A stretch of DNA of 50,981 nt, the filler included, from Sphacelaria rigidula (Eukaryota): NCBI GenBank assembly GCA_964200075.2. It is 3 parts of 3 records of this genome, joined end to end, with 100 filler letters (N's around TTAATTAATTAA, not from the genome) between each part and the next. Parts side by side here need not be neighbours in the genome. Positions count along the whole stretch, not along the records: positions 1 to 16,930 come from CAXNAA020001213.1; 2 more parts are not named here. One strand, given 5' to 3'. The position numbers were made by a program, and so were the translations under genes. How positions within the stretch are numbered: the first letter of the stretch is position 1; each line of letters opens with the position of its first letter. Positions 1-12,220 of the stretch are shown in pieces. The notes under the pieces are model-generated. The model was not told the DNA's origin. It worked only from the letters and a program-made list of their open reading frames with translations, and did no database searches.

Positions 1-68
1 AGGGATGCGAGGTCAATAGTCTTATGACTATGGCATGCATGATCATGGGTACACCCCCCCACCCCCCC
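1..68 (+). mobile_element. 3' terminus of a non-LTR retrotransposon (variant B) with C-tract
   Basis: AGGGATGCGAGGTCAAT..ATGACTATGGCATGCA..ATGGGTACA followed by a C-tract; homologous to 1140-1222, 14461-14536, 14948-15002, 17031ff and 37416-37491. Confidence 0.65.
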
Positions 69-271
69 GGATCTCCCTGAAACTACTTTGGGGAGTTTCC
101 AGGCTTCCGTTCCCCCACAGGGTATGACTATATGCGAAAAAATCATTACCGGGTTGAAAGGCGTCCTCTTTTTCACCCCGAAATCGAGGCAAAAAGGCGT
201 TTTCGCACATATCCTCGGCGGAAACGGAAGGCTGGAAACCCCCCAGAATAGTTTCAGGGAGATCGGGGGGG
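65..271. repeat. Imperfect inverted repeat / MITE-like hairpin
   Basis: CCCCGGATCTCCCTGAAACTACTTTGGGGAGTTTCCAGGCTTCCGTT pairs with AACGGAAGGCTGGAAACCCCCCAGAATAGTTTCAGGGAGATCGGGG. Confidence 0.7.
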
Positions 272-1139
272 ATGAGGTCGTCCATATCTGAGAGCCATAT
301 GTCACTACTTTAGGCCAGGAAAACACCGTTCTAAAGTTGAACGCCATTTGAATGTCCAACCCCATTCCTCAGGATCCTCCGTCAAGAGTGGTATATGGTC
401 GGTGAGGTGTCGTCGAACAGCCCGAACACTTTTCGGGGGCTAACACCCCCCCTCCTCCCCTCCCCTCCGTTTGCATCCCTAACGGTCACATTTACTATCT
501 TCTTTCATAGTGGTTACGTAAGAGCAGAGTCGGTACGTGTGTTGTATGTCTTCGCTGGATATCACGGCAAAATACATTCAGCGTGCCACAGATTGGGTAC
601 GACCTCAAACACCCTACCCGAATATTGCGTGAGCACTCTCAGCAATAATACCTGCGTTTTGGGCAGGTTGGGTACGGCCTCAAATTCTGTAGGGATGCGT
701 CAAATACTACACCCAAATTTTGGGTAGATTGGATATGACCTCGAATACTTTACCCAAATATTGAGTAAGCACTCTCAGCAAAACTTGGGTATTATCTGAA
801 ATACTCTGCCGAAACTTTTGGTATTTTGGGCACGATTTCAGTTCTCTACCCAAATGTTTGGGTACGAAGAGTATGACTTTTCGAAAATACCGAGTGGTGG
901 GTATACCCGACCCAACTTGAACTTGAAGTGCTTTTCAATCTTACACTCGAATCCTGCAGAAATAGTTCATTCCCCGATTTTTTCCGCTGAGGATGGGACG
1001 TACCCTGCAAACGGTTACAATCCGGTGGGTGCATTCGGGTTCGAAGCATATCACGCAAAGAGTAACGAACACGCTCCGGCCTTATAGTGGGTGTAAAAAT
1101 AATACGAAGAGTCGTTGGGTTTTTACGTTCTTTTCTTCC

Positions 1140-1222
1140 TCCGTCTCGGAAGGGATGCGCGGTCAACGGTCAAATGACCGAGGCAAGCAACAAATTAGTA
1201 AGCCTCCGCCCCCCGCCCCCCT
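1140..1222 (+). mobile_element. 3' terminus of a non-LTR retrotransposon with C-rich tail
   Basis: CCGTCTCGGAAGGGATGCGCGGTCAACGGTCAAATGACCGAGGCAAGCAACAAATTAGTA followed by a C-rich tract. Confidence 0.7.
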
Positions 1223-1262
1223 CTAAGCGCAAAAGAGCGGCGATAGTCGAAAAAGGAAGCGC

Positions 1263-1602
1263 GACCTAGATATAGTAGGAGTTCAAGAGTCATGGGACAA
1301 AGAGGGGGTGGAAATAGGATGCAAAGTTGAAGAGTACGCATGGATAGGAAATAAGCGAAAGGGACCGAAGGCCAAGAGCAGGGGGGGCGGGGGGAGTAGG
1401 CTTTTTAGTCAAGGAATACAATACCTGTGTGACATTATAGAAGTGATCGATGACACGAAATTTGACGAGAGCATATGGATAAGGGTACCAGGAGAGCGGG
1501 AAACGAAGGACTTCTTCGTAGGGAACATCTGTATGTCCCCAGAATGGAAGAGTAGGGTGGACGATATCCAGCGTAGGTTTGGGAAGATAGCAGTAGATGT
1601 AC
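1263..1602 (+). pseudogene. LINE apurinic-like endonuclease (APE) domain fragment, frameshifted
   Basis: DLDIVGVQESW, then R...RGGGG/VGFLVKEY (frameshift), ESIWIRV and FFVGNI: the conserved APE motif order of non-LTR ORF2. Confidence 0.8.
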
Positions 1603-2165
1603 ATATGGCATGTTGTATATCTCAACCCCTGAACCAGGGTTGGAGGGACTTCAACAGGAGAAATCCACAAAACGTCCCTTGATTCCTTGTTTGTTTTCTT
1701 TCTTGTTTTTTTCCTTGCCGGACGGTCATCGTGAGGACCTGCAGTTCATCCGAGCTGTCGTTTGTCGAATTTGACGCCAACACGCCAGAGATATGCCATT
1801 TTATAACTCAATCCCTGAACCAGGGTTGGAGGGACACCATCATCAGGAAATATTTAGGAAATGTCCCTCAACTTCTTGTGTGCATATTTTTCTTATTTTT
1901 TGTCGCTAGCCGGTCATCACGTGGACCTTGCGGTTCATCCGAGCTGTCGTTTGTCGAATTTGACGTCAACATTCCGGAGATATGGCATGCCATATCTCAA
2001 CCTCTGAGTCACGGTTGGAGGGACACCAACAGGAAAAAATCACAAAATGAGCCTTAACTTCTTGCGTGCATATCGTTTCTGTTTTTTTATTGCTGGCCGT
2101 TGCTCACGTGGACCTTGCCGTTCATTCGAGCTATCATTTGTTGAAATTGACCCATAAACGCTCGA
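1603..2165. repeat. Tandem repeat, 3 copies of a ~189-bp unit
   Basis: Units start at 1603, 1791 and 1980; shared cores CTCAA.CC.CTGA..CA.GGTTGGAGGGAC and GTTCAT.CGAGCT.TC.TTTGT.GAA.TTGAC. Confidence 0.92.
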
Positions 2166-3358
2166 GTTACGCCCGCTCATGTATCCGCTCGTAATAATAA
2201 TATTCCCCCGTAATACTACATCTGGAAAACTGATTCCTTTGAATCACGAGTAACCATCCCCACCCCCACCCCCATCTTTCGGGCAAAGACACAAAATGAA
2301 GGGTTTGCGCCATGTTTGTACAACACAAAATGAAGGGATTGATTATTTTCATTGTCACAAACATAGGGGCAGTGTTGGGTGTTGTAGCGGCTTCAGCTGT
2401 TAGGCGAGGGCGCAAGCCGGAGCAAAACCGCTCCGCCCCTACCCGCCCCCCCGGCCTGATGCGGGAGCCCCATCAAAGGCGCTCTCACGAATGGGGAGAC
2501 GTCGTGCCTATGGTTTGTATTCATCTCTTTTCGAGATCAACATCATCGCTGATCGTTCGAGAGCCCAAATATTTTACGCCCCAAAAGTTCCGCTTTACCG
2601 AGAAAGACCCGAAAAACCAAAACAAGGGCAAGACGTAGACATGTACGCTCTGCTTACTGCTGCGTAGTGCCCTTCTGCTGAGGCATGCACTGTAACGGTT
2701 GTAAAAAAACGAAACACTGCCGCAGATGCTTGCGATTCCCCAGATCCGTTGTGGTGGGGTATATATAGAGCTCCAATATTTCAATATGGCCCTCGAGGTT
2801 CAAGACTGGCTACACCATGAAACAATCCTTGGAAGATCACTATAGCATGTGTACATTCAGTGTAAAATGACAACGACAACGGTACGATATATTGGCACCG
2901 CTGCTGACCAATATCGTGGTGTTCAACACCAGCAGCAGATACGATTTATTTAAAAGGGGACATATCATTTCCATCGCACGAAACGTTAAGATCTGAGCAG
3001 CAAATATGTTTTTGCGAAAGTCGACGCTATGCGGGAGTGCTGACGCCGTCAGGGATACGGAAACGTCGGGCATGTACCGGGGGAAAGATGGGTTGACCCC
3101 TTGAGACTACGAGCAGGCAATCAATCATTACTACATTACCGAGGAAGGGGGAGGAGCTGTAAGGATGTCGGGTGACGGCACGATATTGAAGAGTACTGTG
3201 AGGAGGTCCAATATATCATACCACAACGTGGAGACTCGACACACCATGCATGTCAGTACCCCCCCTGTTCCTGATTGCAATTCACTGAATCAAACTATCA
3301 ACAGCAAGTAAATACTACGTAAAACGACAGTCGGTATTTCCGTGAATATTGTAATACA

Positions 3359-3756
3359 TAGAGCTCGGAAATGGTACCAGTTATAACTGGCCATTACCAT
3401 TATACTGGTGATAATGGTAATGGTCATGTGAAAAAATTGGATAATGGTTGCAAATCATTATTTGCCGTTACCGGCTACGTATGCCACATACAGCTCTTGA
3501 AATTGTCCCAACTTCAACGTATTTCTTAGCTCTCGTGAAGCCAAATCGCGTAAAAACGTGCCTTCAGCACGGTGCCTCCAGCGGGGCCCTCCGAGGGCGC
3601 CTCCGGCAGGGTCCTCTCTGGCGGGGGGGGGGCTTCTTGGCTTGCGGCTGCGCCGCTCGATGACCAAACCATCATGTACCATTTTACTGGTTAATGAGTG
3701 CGCTACGCGTAACCATTCAACTGATTCATGGTTAGACAAACCATTTCCGAGCTCTA
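3359..3756. mobile_element. hAT-type MITE (398 bp)
   Basis: Perfect 17-bp TIR TAGAGCTCGGAAATGGT and perfect 8-bp TSD GTAATACA (3351-3358, 3757-3764). Confidence 0.93.
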
Positions 3757-4361
3757 GTAATACATGTACAGTGACACGGAACTCTCCCATCAAAAGCTAC
3801 GGTGGCAATCACACGCCGGTAAAAAATCGAGTGGTGAATACAACACGCGGCCTGTAGGATGATGCTTGGAGGTTAACTTGCAATACTTTCTATGAGCACT
3901 GCTTCGGCCCCCTCGCAGCACTGCGCTGTGCTGCTCTATACTGCTGTTGTTGGCAACGCGCTGTATACACTCTACTGTACTGTGCCGTGCTGTCTGTACT
4001 ACTCCTGCACTGGTTGTTGTATAGTTAGTACATATACTGTACTAGGTGTTATGTTATACTGACCGTGCTGCACGCGCGTTCTCAAAACGGAGACGTGGTA
4101 CCCGCCCTTTGCTCAGAAGTACCCACGTAAAACTATGACGGCGTGTAGCCAAAACAAATATACCGTAAACTTGGGTGATTCACACGTGATTTTTCTTGGA
4201 TGCTGAACTCGCAAATTTCGTCAGGGCAACTCCCACCTAAGATTTTGTTCGCATACTCTGGCAGCAAGTTATGCTACGACCAAACTCAAGAAATGGCGGC
4301 GATCAAGAATAGACTCGACCGAGTAAATTTGGGAAACGGCGACGACTAAGACCAAGGCTTA

Positions 4362-4810
4362 TGGGAGCCGTTCAAAATTCCTGTTGAAAATTGCCTTTAG
4401 GGTCTTTCTCCGTCGTTTTACGCCCGAAAAGAGGGCTACGCGGATGTTGACACCTTGGAATGACTTGGTCTACTCGTTGATACCGTTTCGGGGCAACATA
4501 GCATTTCCCGCTGGCCGCAGTTTTATTTTTGGCCAAACCTTGATTTTCAATAAAAAAACGACCAGGCAATCAAAATAATACAAGCTTCCCCCCTGTTTTT
4601 TTTACCGCACGACCGTTTTCATTGAAAATGCAAGTTTGGCCAAAAATAACACCGCGACCAGCGGGAACTGCTAGGCTGCCCTGGAACGATCTTAACGAGT
4701 AGAGCAAGTTATTCCAAGGTGTCGAAATCTGCCTAGCCCTCTTTTCGGGCGTAAAACAACGGAGAAGGGTCCAAAAGGCAGTTTTCAACAAGGATTACGA
4801 ACGGATCCCA
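4362..4810. mobile_element. Fold-back MITE with ~200-bp imperfect inverted arms
   Basis: 4362-4563 is the reverse complement of ~4610-4810 (e.g. CGTTTTACGCCCGAAAAGAGGGCTA / TAGCCCTCTTTTCGGGCGTAAAAC). No clear TSD. It sits inside an older element with repeated (G)ACGACTAA motifs (~4270-5310). Confidence 0.8.
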
Positions 4811-4971
4811 GTAGAGTTGGCCTCAAGGTCGATTCGTAGGACTAGATTCGGAGAATGGCGACGACTAATGGTCGACTACTACGACTAACCTCAAGAAATA
4901 GCAACGACTAACCGTCGACTGCTACGCCTAACTTTGGGAAATGGCGACGACTAAGAGTCGATTCGTACGAC

Positions 4972-5210
4972 TTGTTGTTGTTGTTGTTTTCTTCGCATTA
5001 AAAACCGTTCCAACATCTGCGCAGTACTCTGTACTGGGCATCTGATGCGGACGCCTCCCGTGCGCACAGCCTAACTACCCCAAGCTGGAGTAAAATAAAG
5101 TCGGACCCAGGAACAATTCACACAGACGCGATACAAAAGAAATTAAAGAAAACAAAAAAATACTAGAAAATAAGAAGGAAAAAAAAAATAAAGGAAAAAG
5201 GACTACTACA
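4972..5210 (-). mobile_element. SINE/LINE 3' end with (CAA)n tail, copy 1
   Basis: About 120 bp shared with 7605-7790 (GTACTGGG.ATCTGATGCGGACGCC), next to (TTG)n on the plus strand. Confidence 0.65.
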
Positions 5211-6348
5211 ATTGGATACTCGCAACGACCAAGAGTCGACTCGTACGGCTAAATGCGAAAAACGGCGACGACTCATTCAACGACCACGAGCCCTACGACT
5301 CATAGTCGTAGCCATTGGACATGACCCAGGCGTTCACTCCCTGTGGAATGCTTTTGTATTGATTTCGAATCATCACTGTATGAAAAATGATCGATTGCCA
5401 TTCCCTCTTCCCGAAACTCTTTTTCAAATTAATTGGCGTTCCAAACTATCGGCCAGGCGTGAGTGACACGTACGTAGGAACAGCGTCCAGTTTGGCAGAC
5501 CGCTAAAACCGCACCTTCTTTATCGCCCATGTTATGTCGAAATGTCGTAAGGTGGAAATAATGATCACATATGCGGTATATCATAAAAGCAGTACGGTAT
5601 CTCAAAAACAAAATTCGTCCCTGGGTACACAAAGTTCAAACTTCGACGTCACGGTCGACGAGGGAAAGGGACCGCTGAGGCCGTGTTGTATAAATTTTTG
5701 TTCCACTCGAAAGAATTCGTGCGGCGGAATTTATTTAGATAGTTCTGGTGTGTTCGGGTCCAAGCGAATTTGCACGCTTTCGATCGAGAAAGATAAGCGA
5801 AAATTCATGAAACAATACTTGCTTCATTTATATGCAATACAGACATACAATGCTGCCTGTACCGTCTGCAGTCCGTGTGTTGCGTACAGCGTACAGGCAT
5901 GGTGTGGAAAGGAAGCGGGCAACGTGAAATCCAGACAGCGCAGGGCTGTGTAGTCCCTGCATATAGGAGGATGCGGAGAAGATTTGAACCACGTGCAGAT
6001 TTGTACTGCCTCTACTATTCATGAACGTGAACGCAATTCGGTCCCCCACCCAAACCTGCAATTCCGTCGCTGGACCCTACACCACAAAATCAGACGCCCA
6101 AGGTTTCGCCAACAAAAATGAACACATCATGCCAATAGGGTGATAGTGTCGGTTTCCTCCGACTGCAGTGCATGTATCCCTGTTCTCAACTCGTGATCTA
6201 TGCTGCGTGGTTGGGTTGGTAGCTGCGAATGAACCACGTGGGGCTTGCATGGTTCTGTGGAAGGGTGGTATCTGGTATGGTTATCTGCAAGATAGGAGGC
6301 AAGTGCCCCTTCCTTTTTTTCCGCCTCGTGTGTTCGATCAGCTAATAA

Positions 6349-7160
6349 GGGCGTGTCTTAGCACCTTTTTTTAATTGAAAAAGTACGGTCGAATGCTTTT
6401 TTGCCGATCTGATAGGTCCACCGCATTTATGTTCCTAGAGGGCTTCAACTCAAAATTATAGTTAACGGCGCCCGGAGAAGAATAGCTCGACGTGAAAAAC
6501 AATCGTTTTCGATCGAAAACATGCGGTCGAGAGGCACGAAGCGGCACTTGACTCCTATCTTACAGACCACCACGTCAGAAAACACCTGTTCACAGGACCA
6601 TGCAAACTCCATCCAACTCATTCTCAGCTACCACCGCAACCCTGCAGCATAGAGCACGAGGCGAGCACAGGGATAGATACACTGCAGGAGTCGGGTTTGC
6701 TTTGTTTATTTTTGTTGGCGAAAACTTGCGCATCTTCTCTCATGGTAGGCATCAGCGACGGAACTGCGTGGTACGGTGGGCAACCGAGTTGCGTGCACAC
6801 TCACGGACAGTGTGCAAAGCTGCACGTTGCTCAAGTCCTTTTCGCGTCGCATTATAAGCAGAGAGAACTGATCGTCCTGGGCTGTCTGCGCTGCACGTTA
6901 CCCGCTTCTCTTTTATATCCTCCTGTACGAAACACGCACACACGCACTCAAGACACTGCTTGCGAGGCTTGCAGACAGTACATACTGTCTGTACTGTACA
7001 CGAGTCACCATGTACCATTTCACGAATTTCACTGTCTTTTTTCGATCGAAAGTTTGAAAATCCATCTGGATCCAACTGCATCAAAACGAGGAATTTTGGC
7101 TCAAATCGATTCCACCGCCCCATTTTTCCAATCGAAAAAAAAGGGTGATACGACACGTCC
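6349..7160. mobile_element. PIF/Harbinger-type element nested in 5679-7462
   Basis: TAA|GGGCGTGTC..CACCTTTTTTT ... AAAAAAAGGGTG..GACACGTCC|TAA. Confidence 0.7.
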
Positions 7161-7163
7161 TAA

Positions 7164-7303
7164 GGACGTGTCCTATCGAGTCCAAAAAATTAAGCGTGTA
7201 AGGGAACAAGCGCTCAGAAGCAACATGTTGATCAGTCAACATGCTACTTTGGACGCTTGTTCCTTCTCGTGCTTATTTTTTTTTGTCTCGATTATACACG
7301 GCC
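7164..7303. mobile_element. Tourist-like MITE (140 bp) inserted at the TAA next to the previous element
   Basis: TAA|GGACGTGT..ATCGAG..AAAAAATTAAGC ... GCTTATTTTTT..CTCGAT..ACACGGCC|TAA. Confidence 0.7.
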
Positions 7304-7604
7304 TAAGCTTTTCCGTTTTTCACCCTGCCCGTCGCGTGCAAATAATTATAAAAATAACACCTGCGAACATGAATGCCGTGGGCGTATCAGATGGGAGCTA
7401 ATCACGACCAATTCGATTCCACCGCACGTTTTCGAGTCGAAGTTTTTTGGCAAGACACGGCCTGAACCCTTCTCCCAATAAAAATATAAGGCAAGAACAC
7501 AGAACGGAGGTGGGGTACTGAAAAAATAAAAAATAAACTCCCGGGTAGATCTCCCTCCTGTGTGACCCCAGCTGATGCGCCCATATATCCCGAAAGGTGG
7601 TGAC

Positions 7605-7790
7605 TTGTTGTTGTCGTTGTCTTTACATTAAAACTGTTCCGATGTCTGCGCGGTACAGTCGTACTGGGGATCTGATGCGGACGCCTTCCGTGGTCACAGG
7701 CTAGCAAAAAACCAAAAAACCAAAATAAACCCAGATTAAAACTCACAAAACGCGATACCAGCAAAACAGGGATGAATAATAAAGAAGAAA
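7605..7790 (-). mobile_element. SINE/LINE 3' end with (CAA)n tail, copy 2
   Basis: Direct repeat of 4972-5210. Confidence 0.65.
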
Positions 7791-10002
7791 GAGAGCACAT
7801 ATGGCTAATCTCATATGGCTAACCTCAGAAGATCCGGTGCGGCAGGTGGCCTTTCGGACTTCAGGGGATGACACCCGGCTTTCCAACTCGACGCGCGACG
7901 CCAAGTAGATATGAACACAGGGACTGGCGCGCAGAAGAGATGTGATTACAACACACACAGCCCGACATGTTTCAATCGTGCGGCCTTCCTCGGAACCTTA
8001 CAAGAGACACTTGTCGAAAACCAAGAAATACGAGCGAATGGACAGTCACCACAACCATGTTCATACATAGCAACACTGTACACAGCCAGACTGTGCATGA
8101 AAACGCATTCAACCGAAAATCGACCCCTTGAATGGCTGCTACTATATACGAACAGATTTCGCTCTGGGTCAAACGCTGACATATTGGCGTGGCGTGCTGC
8201 AGTACTCGTGCTCGTGCCGCCATCACAAAAGTGACGACAGTCACGGCAAAACGAAAACAAACGCAAATAAGGGTAACGTGGTACAAGGCTAAAGATGAAG
8301 GAGGGCAAAGGCAACGATGAGAGAAACTTAAAATGAGCAGTTCGGTTCGATTAGGATTCTCCTTTCAAGTGCAAAATAGTGACGGTTGCGCAGTCGCTAC
8401 GAGCAAAGGCGCCCTGTTAATTTTTTCTCGTGAAACAGATCTCTGTAAAGAGTACTCTTCACTTCCTTACAAAAATGGACGTTAACAATCGTACCACAAG
8501 AACCGAGGGAAACTCTTGATTTTGATGACTGTACTCGTTATCACGTACAATGTTTACGACTATGTCGATGCCGAAAAAAATACGGAATTCACCAATACAA
8601 CCCTCTTACGCATGGCTCGAAAGCTCCTCGCACAAGCTCTACTATGATCCCATCAATCCCATCAAAACTCTTTCCTAAGAGACAACGGTATGAACCCTGG
8701 TATGTCTCACTATCGTACTCTCGTACCTGGCCCTTATCCCGTGAGGGATGGATGGGGTCGGCTTGGGGGGTGTTATATGTCGTGATATAGAGTAAACGGA
8801 GGATGTGTATTGGTGTAGTCCATCGTATGTTGTAGCGGACAAACCAAGCTGAACTGCCGCGGCGCAGTACAGTACAGCTGTTTAACACGTAGTAGGACAC
8901 TGTGTGGGCTCTGTGAAAAAAAGATATGCCATCTGATAACACAAGCACTGACCCTCGCCGTACCACCTACATGATCGTGTTCCCAGCGGCTTCCCAACCG
9001 GTTTGCTTACACATGAAGGATAAATATTTCCACAACACAAACCAGGTTTTTGTACAGACAGAGCGCAGACAGCACAGTAAGGCCAGTATGTTGGTCGATC
9101 TGCGAGGGGCATCAATCGACCCACCTCTTGTGTTTGAGATCTTTCGGGCGACACACGTGCCGTGACTCAGCAGAGCCATAATTGTCCGGGAAAAACACGA
9201 TTACGGATGGAGTCCACCAAATATGTTTGTTGTGCTGCACTGCACTGTCGTATTGTCTGTCGTCGTCACCTGAGCGAGTGTCCGATGAGGAAGGGATTTT
9301 TTTCGAAAGTCGATGCTGTTGATGCTGCTGGCAATCTGGCGGGTGCAATGCTTGTACAGGCGCTTGGCGTTTCTCGAGGCCCACACTTCTGAGTATCGCT
9401 TGATAGACAAAGGCATCACCAGCTTCACCTCATCCACACGCCGTATCAACACCATGGTCAATCACACGTGTGCACAAAGTCCTGCACGGCAATTGTACAG
9501 ACGGCACGTAGTGGCCCAGTGTGTATGATTGATGAGCCGTGGGAGTTGGAGCTACCCGCATGGGTAGGGGATCACGAATCATATTTTCAGACTTGGTACA
9601 TTGATTACCACTATTGCCTACTTTTGTCCCTGTCCTGTACTGTTGTCTGTTGTACTGTTGTCTGTATGCAGTACTCACTTTTCATTGTTATATAAAACAA
9701 ATGAGAACAGTTGATTGTGTTCAGTACTTCTCATCAAGGATGTCGCATAATATTTCTTGCTCGTCACTCAAATGTCAGTACCCCAAAGTGATTAATAATG
9801 CAGTCTGGGCCATCCTAGAAACGGACTTGTGCTATAAAGAAGGGTAATTTAGCAGCTTAGTTTTGAGAATATGCTTTCAAGTTTGGTATGGAGAATCGTA
9901 AGGGAATCACAGAACGTATAGAAAGACTTATTTTTCTTCCTCGTGAGCTATTGTAAAATATGGACAAAATCAAGATCCATTTTTGGCATGAACGTCCAAA
10001 CG

Positions 10003-11420
10003 TAGGGCTGTGAACTGGCTGCTCTATCTAGCCAGTTAAGTTTAAACTGGCCGCTGGCGCGGCCAGTACATCGATTGTTTCCCAGTTAATCGGCTTCGCC
10101 GCCGATTAACTGGGAAACAATCGGCGGCGAGCGGCTTCGCTGCTCGCCGCCAACGCCCCCCCCCGGCTGGTGAGGGGGCCGCGCGGGAGCGTCGCCGGAG
10201 GCGACAAAAGTTTGCGGTGCAGTATTTGGCTTGTTTTTCTTCAAAAATAATGTGGAAAATTGTAGGAAATGTGACCCCTCACATTGAGGAGCTAATAAAA
10301 GTCTTGGGTGAAACAGGAGTGCCCGACAAAAAACCCTCCGAGATCCCATGTACACCCCCCCCCCGCCTCCCCGTTCCCCCCCTTCCCCCCCCCCACCCCC
10401 TGCGGCGGTCGTAGGATTTTGTTTTTCTTCTCATTGAGAAACACGCAATAAATAGCCATTTGGGGGCGACTTGGGTGAGGTAGCGCCCGTGATTGTTGGC
10501 TCTATCTGCCACCACAAGATGCGACGCACATTGGGCGCAAATTGACGGTGCAGATAGTTGCGTCTAGATTGATTGAGCAAGCAGTGCAGAGCGCTGTGGT
10601 ATTTGTCTGGTCTTGTTCTTGTCGTGGAAATGTGATGTGCAATGTACTGCCGAAACCCATAAATATAACTCGGCCTATCTTGGCTCCGAAGGTATGCGAA
10701 AAATTAAAGCTTCATGACACGATTTTTTTTGTATACTATTTTTTTTCTTTTCATTGTGTATATGATTTAGTCATCCCCTCCACCCGAAAGACTCCAGGAT
10801 TCAAAAAAGGGGCAGAGGGTCTCGGATTGTTTTTTATGGGGCACTCTCGGATGACATTCAAATCCCATTCGAAGCGGTGAGCGATTCGAAAACCATTCAT
10901 CTGTAATATGCAGCAGCAGACTCCGTGGGGAGAGGAGGATGCACACAAGCCAAGGCTGGCAACACGCGGAGATAAGAGCGCAAAGTGATTGGCGTCCGGA
11001 CCCACAAGCAAGCATGCAGTTAAATTACAACCCATTGTGTACTTTGTATTTTGTGCTCGCGGATTATCGTTTGTTTGCTATTTTTTATTCCAGATGTATG
11101 TCGTGCTATGAAACGACAAACAAACCTGGAATATATCCGTAATATCAAATCAAGGTGTAGTGACCACGAGTACTGCACTGTACTGTCTGTACCTGTAATG
11201 TTGTTGTCAGGTGCAGACCCCAATAATCATATTGCCATTTTGTTTGTAATCATGTAAGCATCTTTGTTATAAACGAACCATACTATAAATGGTATAAACA
11301 AAGCCAGTAACGGCAAACTTCAAATAAACTGGATAAACTGGAGTCCTCATCACCAGTTCCAGGTAAACTCCAGTTCCAGTTATAAACTGCCAGTACAAAC
11401 TGGTCCAGTTCACAGCCCTA
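10003..11420. mobile_element. hAT-type non-autonomous element (1418 bp)
   Basis: Perfect 16-bp TIR TAGGGCTGTGAACTGG; 8-bp TSD TCCAAACG/TCAAAACG; subterminal CCAGT/ACTGG repeats. Confidence 0.88.
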
Positions 11421-11562
11421 TCAAAACGTCATCTGAGGAGAGACGACGCCCTTTGAATTTTGAATTTGGTATGAACGAAGAATCGCGAGGGTGTGATAAA
11501 AAGAAAATCACTGCAAGGCAACATCGAGTTAGTTGCTTTTTCCATCGTATATCGTGCCTTAA

Positions 11563-12050
11563 CCCTTGGGGCGCAACGCGGGTAGTCCATCTGGATCACG
11601 CATCCTTTTTTCACGTGAAACTGATGCCGGTTCAGCTGAGTGATGCTGCGATAGGGTCAGCAATTTTACGACCTGAGAGTAGAATTATTAGGAACCCTTT
11701 ATCTCATCCAAAACACGACTTTCGAAATAGGTGAGAGTACGCCAGGGTTCTTCTTCCAATTTGCTAGGGATAATATCCCGAATGAATTTGCAAACAAACG
11801 GGGATATCCTGACCCATATTGTCTTTCCCTTGCTCAAAAAAATAAATCAAATGACCAACCATCCATCCATCCATCCAATTAATTAATTAATTAAATTTAT
11901 TTATATATATTATTTATTTATATATATATATATTCTTGTGTAGTTCCTAATTGTTAGGAACCCCTGAATCAGGCCGGTTTTGACCCCAAAAGTGCAGACC
12001 CTATCGCAGCATCACTCAGCTGGTGACCTTCCCTCCGCGCGGTCTAAGGG
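11563..12050. mobile_element. piggyBac-like ~100-bp MITE interrupted by a Sola-like insertion
   Basis: TTAA|CCCTT...AAGGG|TTAA; the body is the reverse complement of 12131-12215 and of the uninterrupted copy at 21885-21983. Confidence 0.7.
11638..12017. mobile_element. Sola-like MITE (GAG..CTC ends, 4-bp TSD)
   Basis: Perfect 21-bp TIR GAGTGATGCTGCGATAGGGTC, flanked by AGCT on both sides; removing it restores the host MITE. Superfamily assignment rests on termini only. Confidence 0.75.
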
Positions 12051-12054
12051 TTAA

Positions 12055-12220
12055 CCCGTTGACCGCGAGGGTACTTCACCCGTTGACCGCGAGGGTAGTT
12101 AACGCTTTGACCGCGAGGGTAGTTTCCGCTTTGACCGCGAGGGTAGGTCACCTGCTGAATCGGCATCAATATTCACTTGAAAGAAGTACGTATGATCCAG
12201 ATGGACTACCCGCACCAGGG
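12055..12220 (+). mobile_element. Second piggyBac-like MITE with a 4x 24-bp tandem amplification of its terminus
   Basis: TTGACCGCGAGGGTA at 12059, 12083, 12107 and 12131, followed by the MITE body. Confidence 0.7.

Larger units (their letters stand above)
5679..7462. mobile_element. PIF/Harbinger-type non-autonomous element (outer)
   Basis: GGCCGTGT...ACACGGCC termini, 3-bp TSD TGA, subterminal TCGA..GTGCGG(T/C)GGAA inverted motifs. Confidence 0.6.

Noticed and set aside
3030..3200. Ankyrin-like KDGLTP*DY peptide
   Set aside because: Single short motif with an in-frame stop and no further repeats or splice context.
12059..12145. CRISPR-like repeat-spacer pattern (15-bp repeat, 9-bp variable gaps)
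   Set aside because: Units are too short, the gaps are related to each other, there are no cas genes and the context is eukaryotic; explained as amplified MITE termini.
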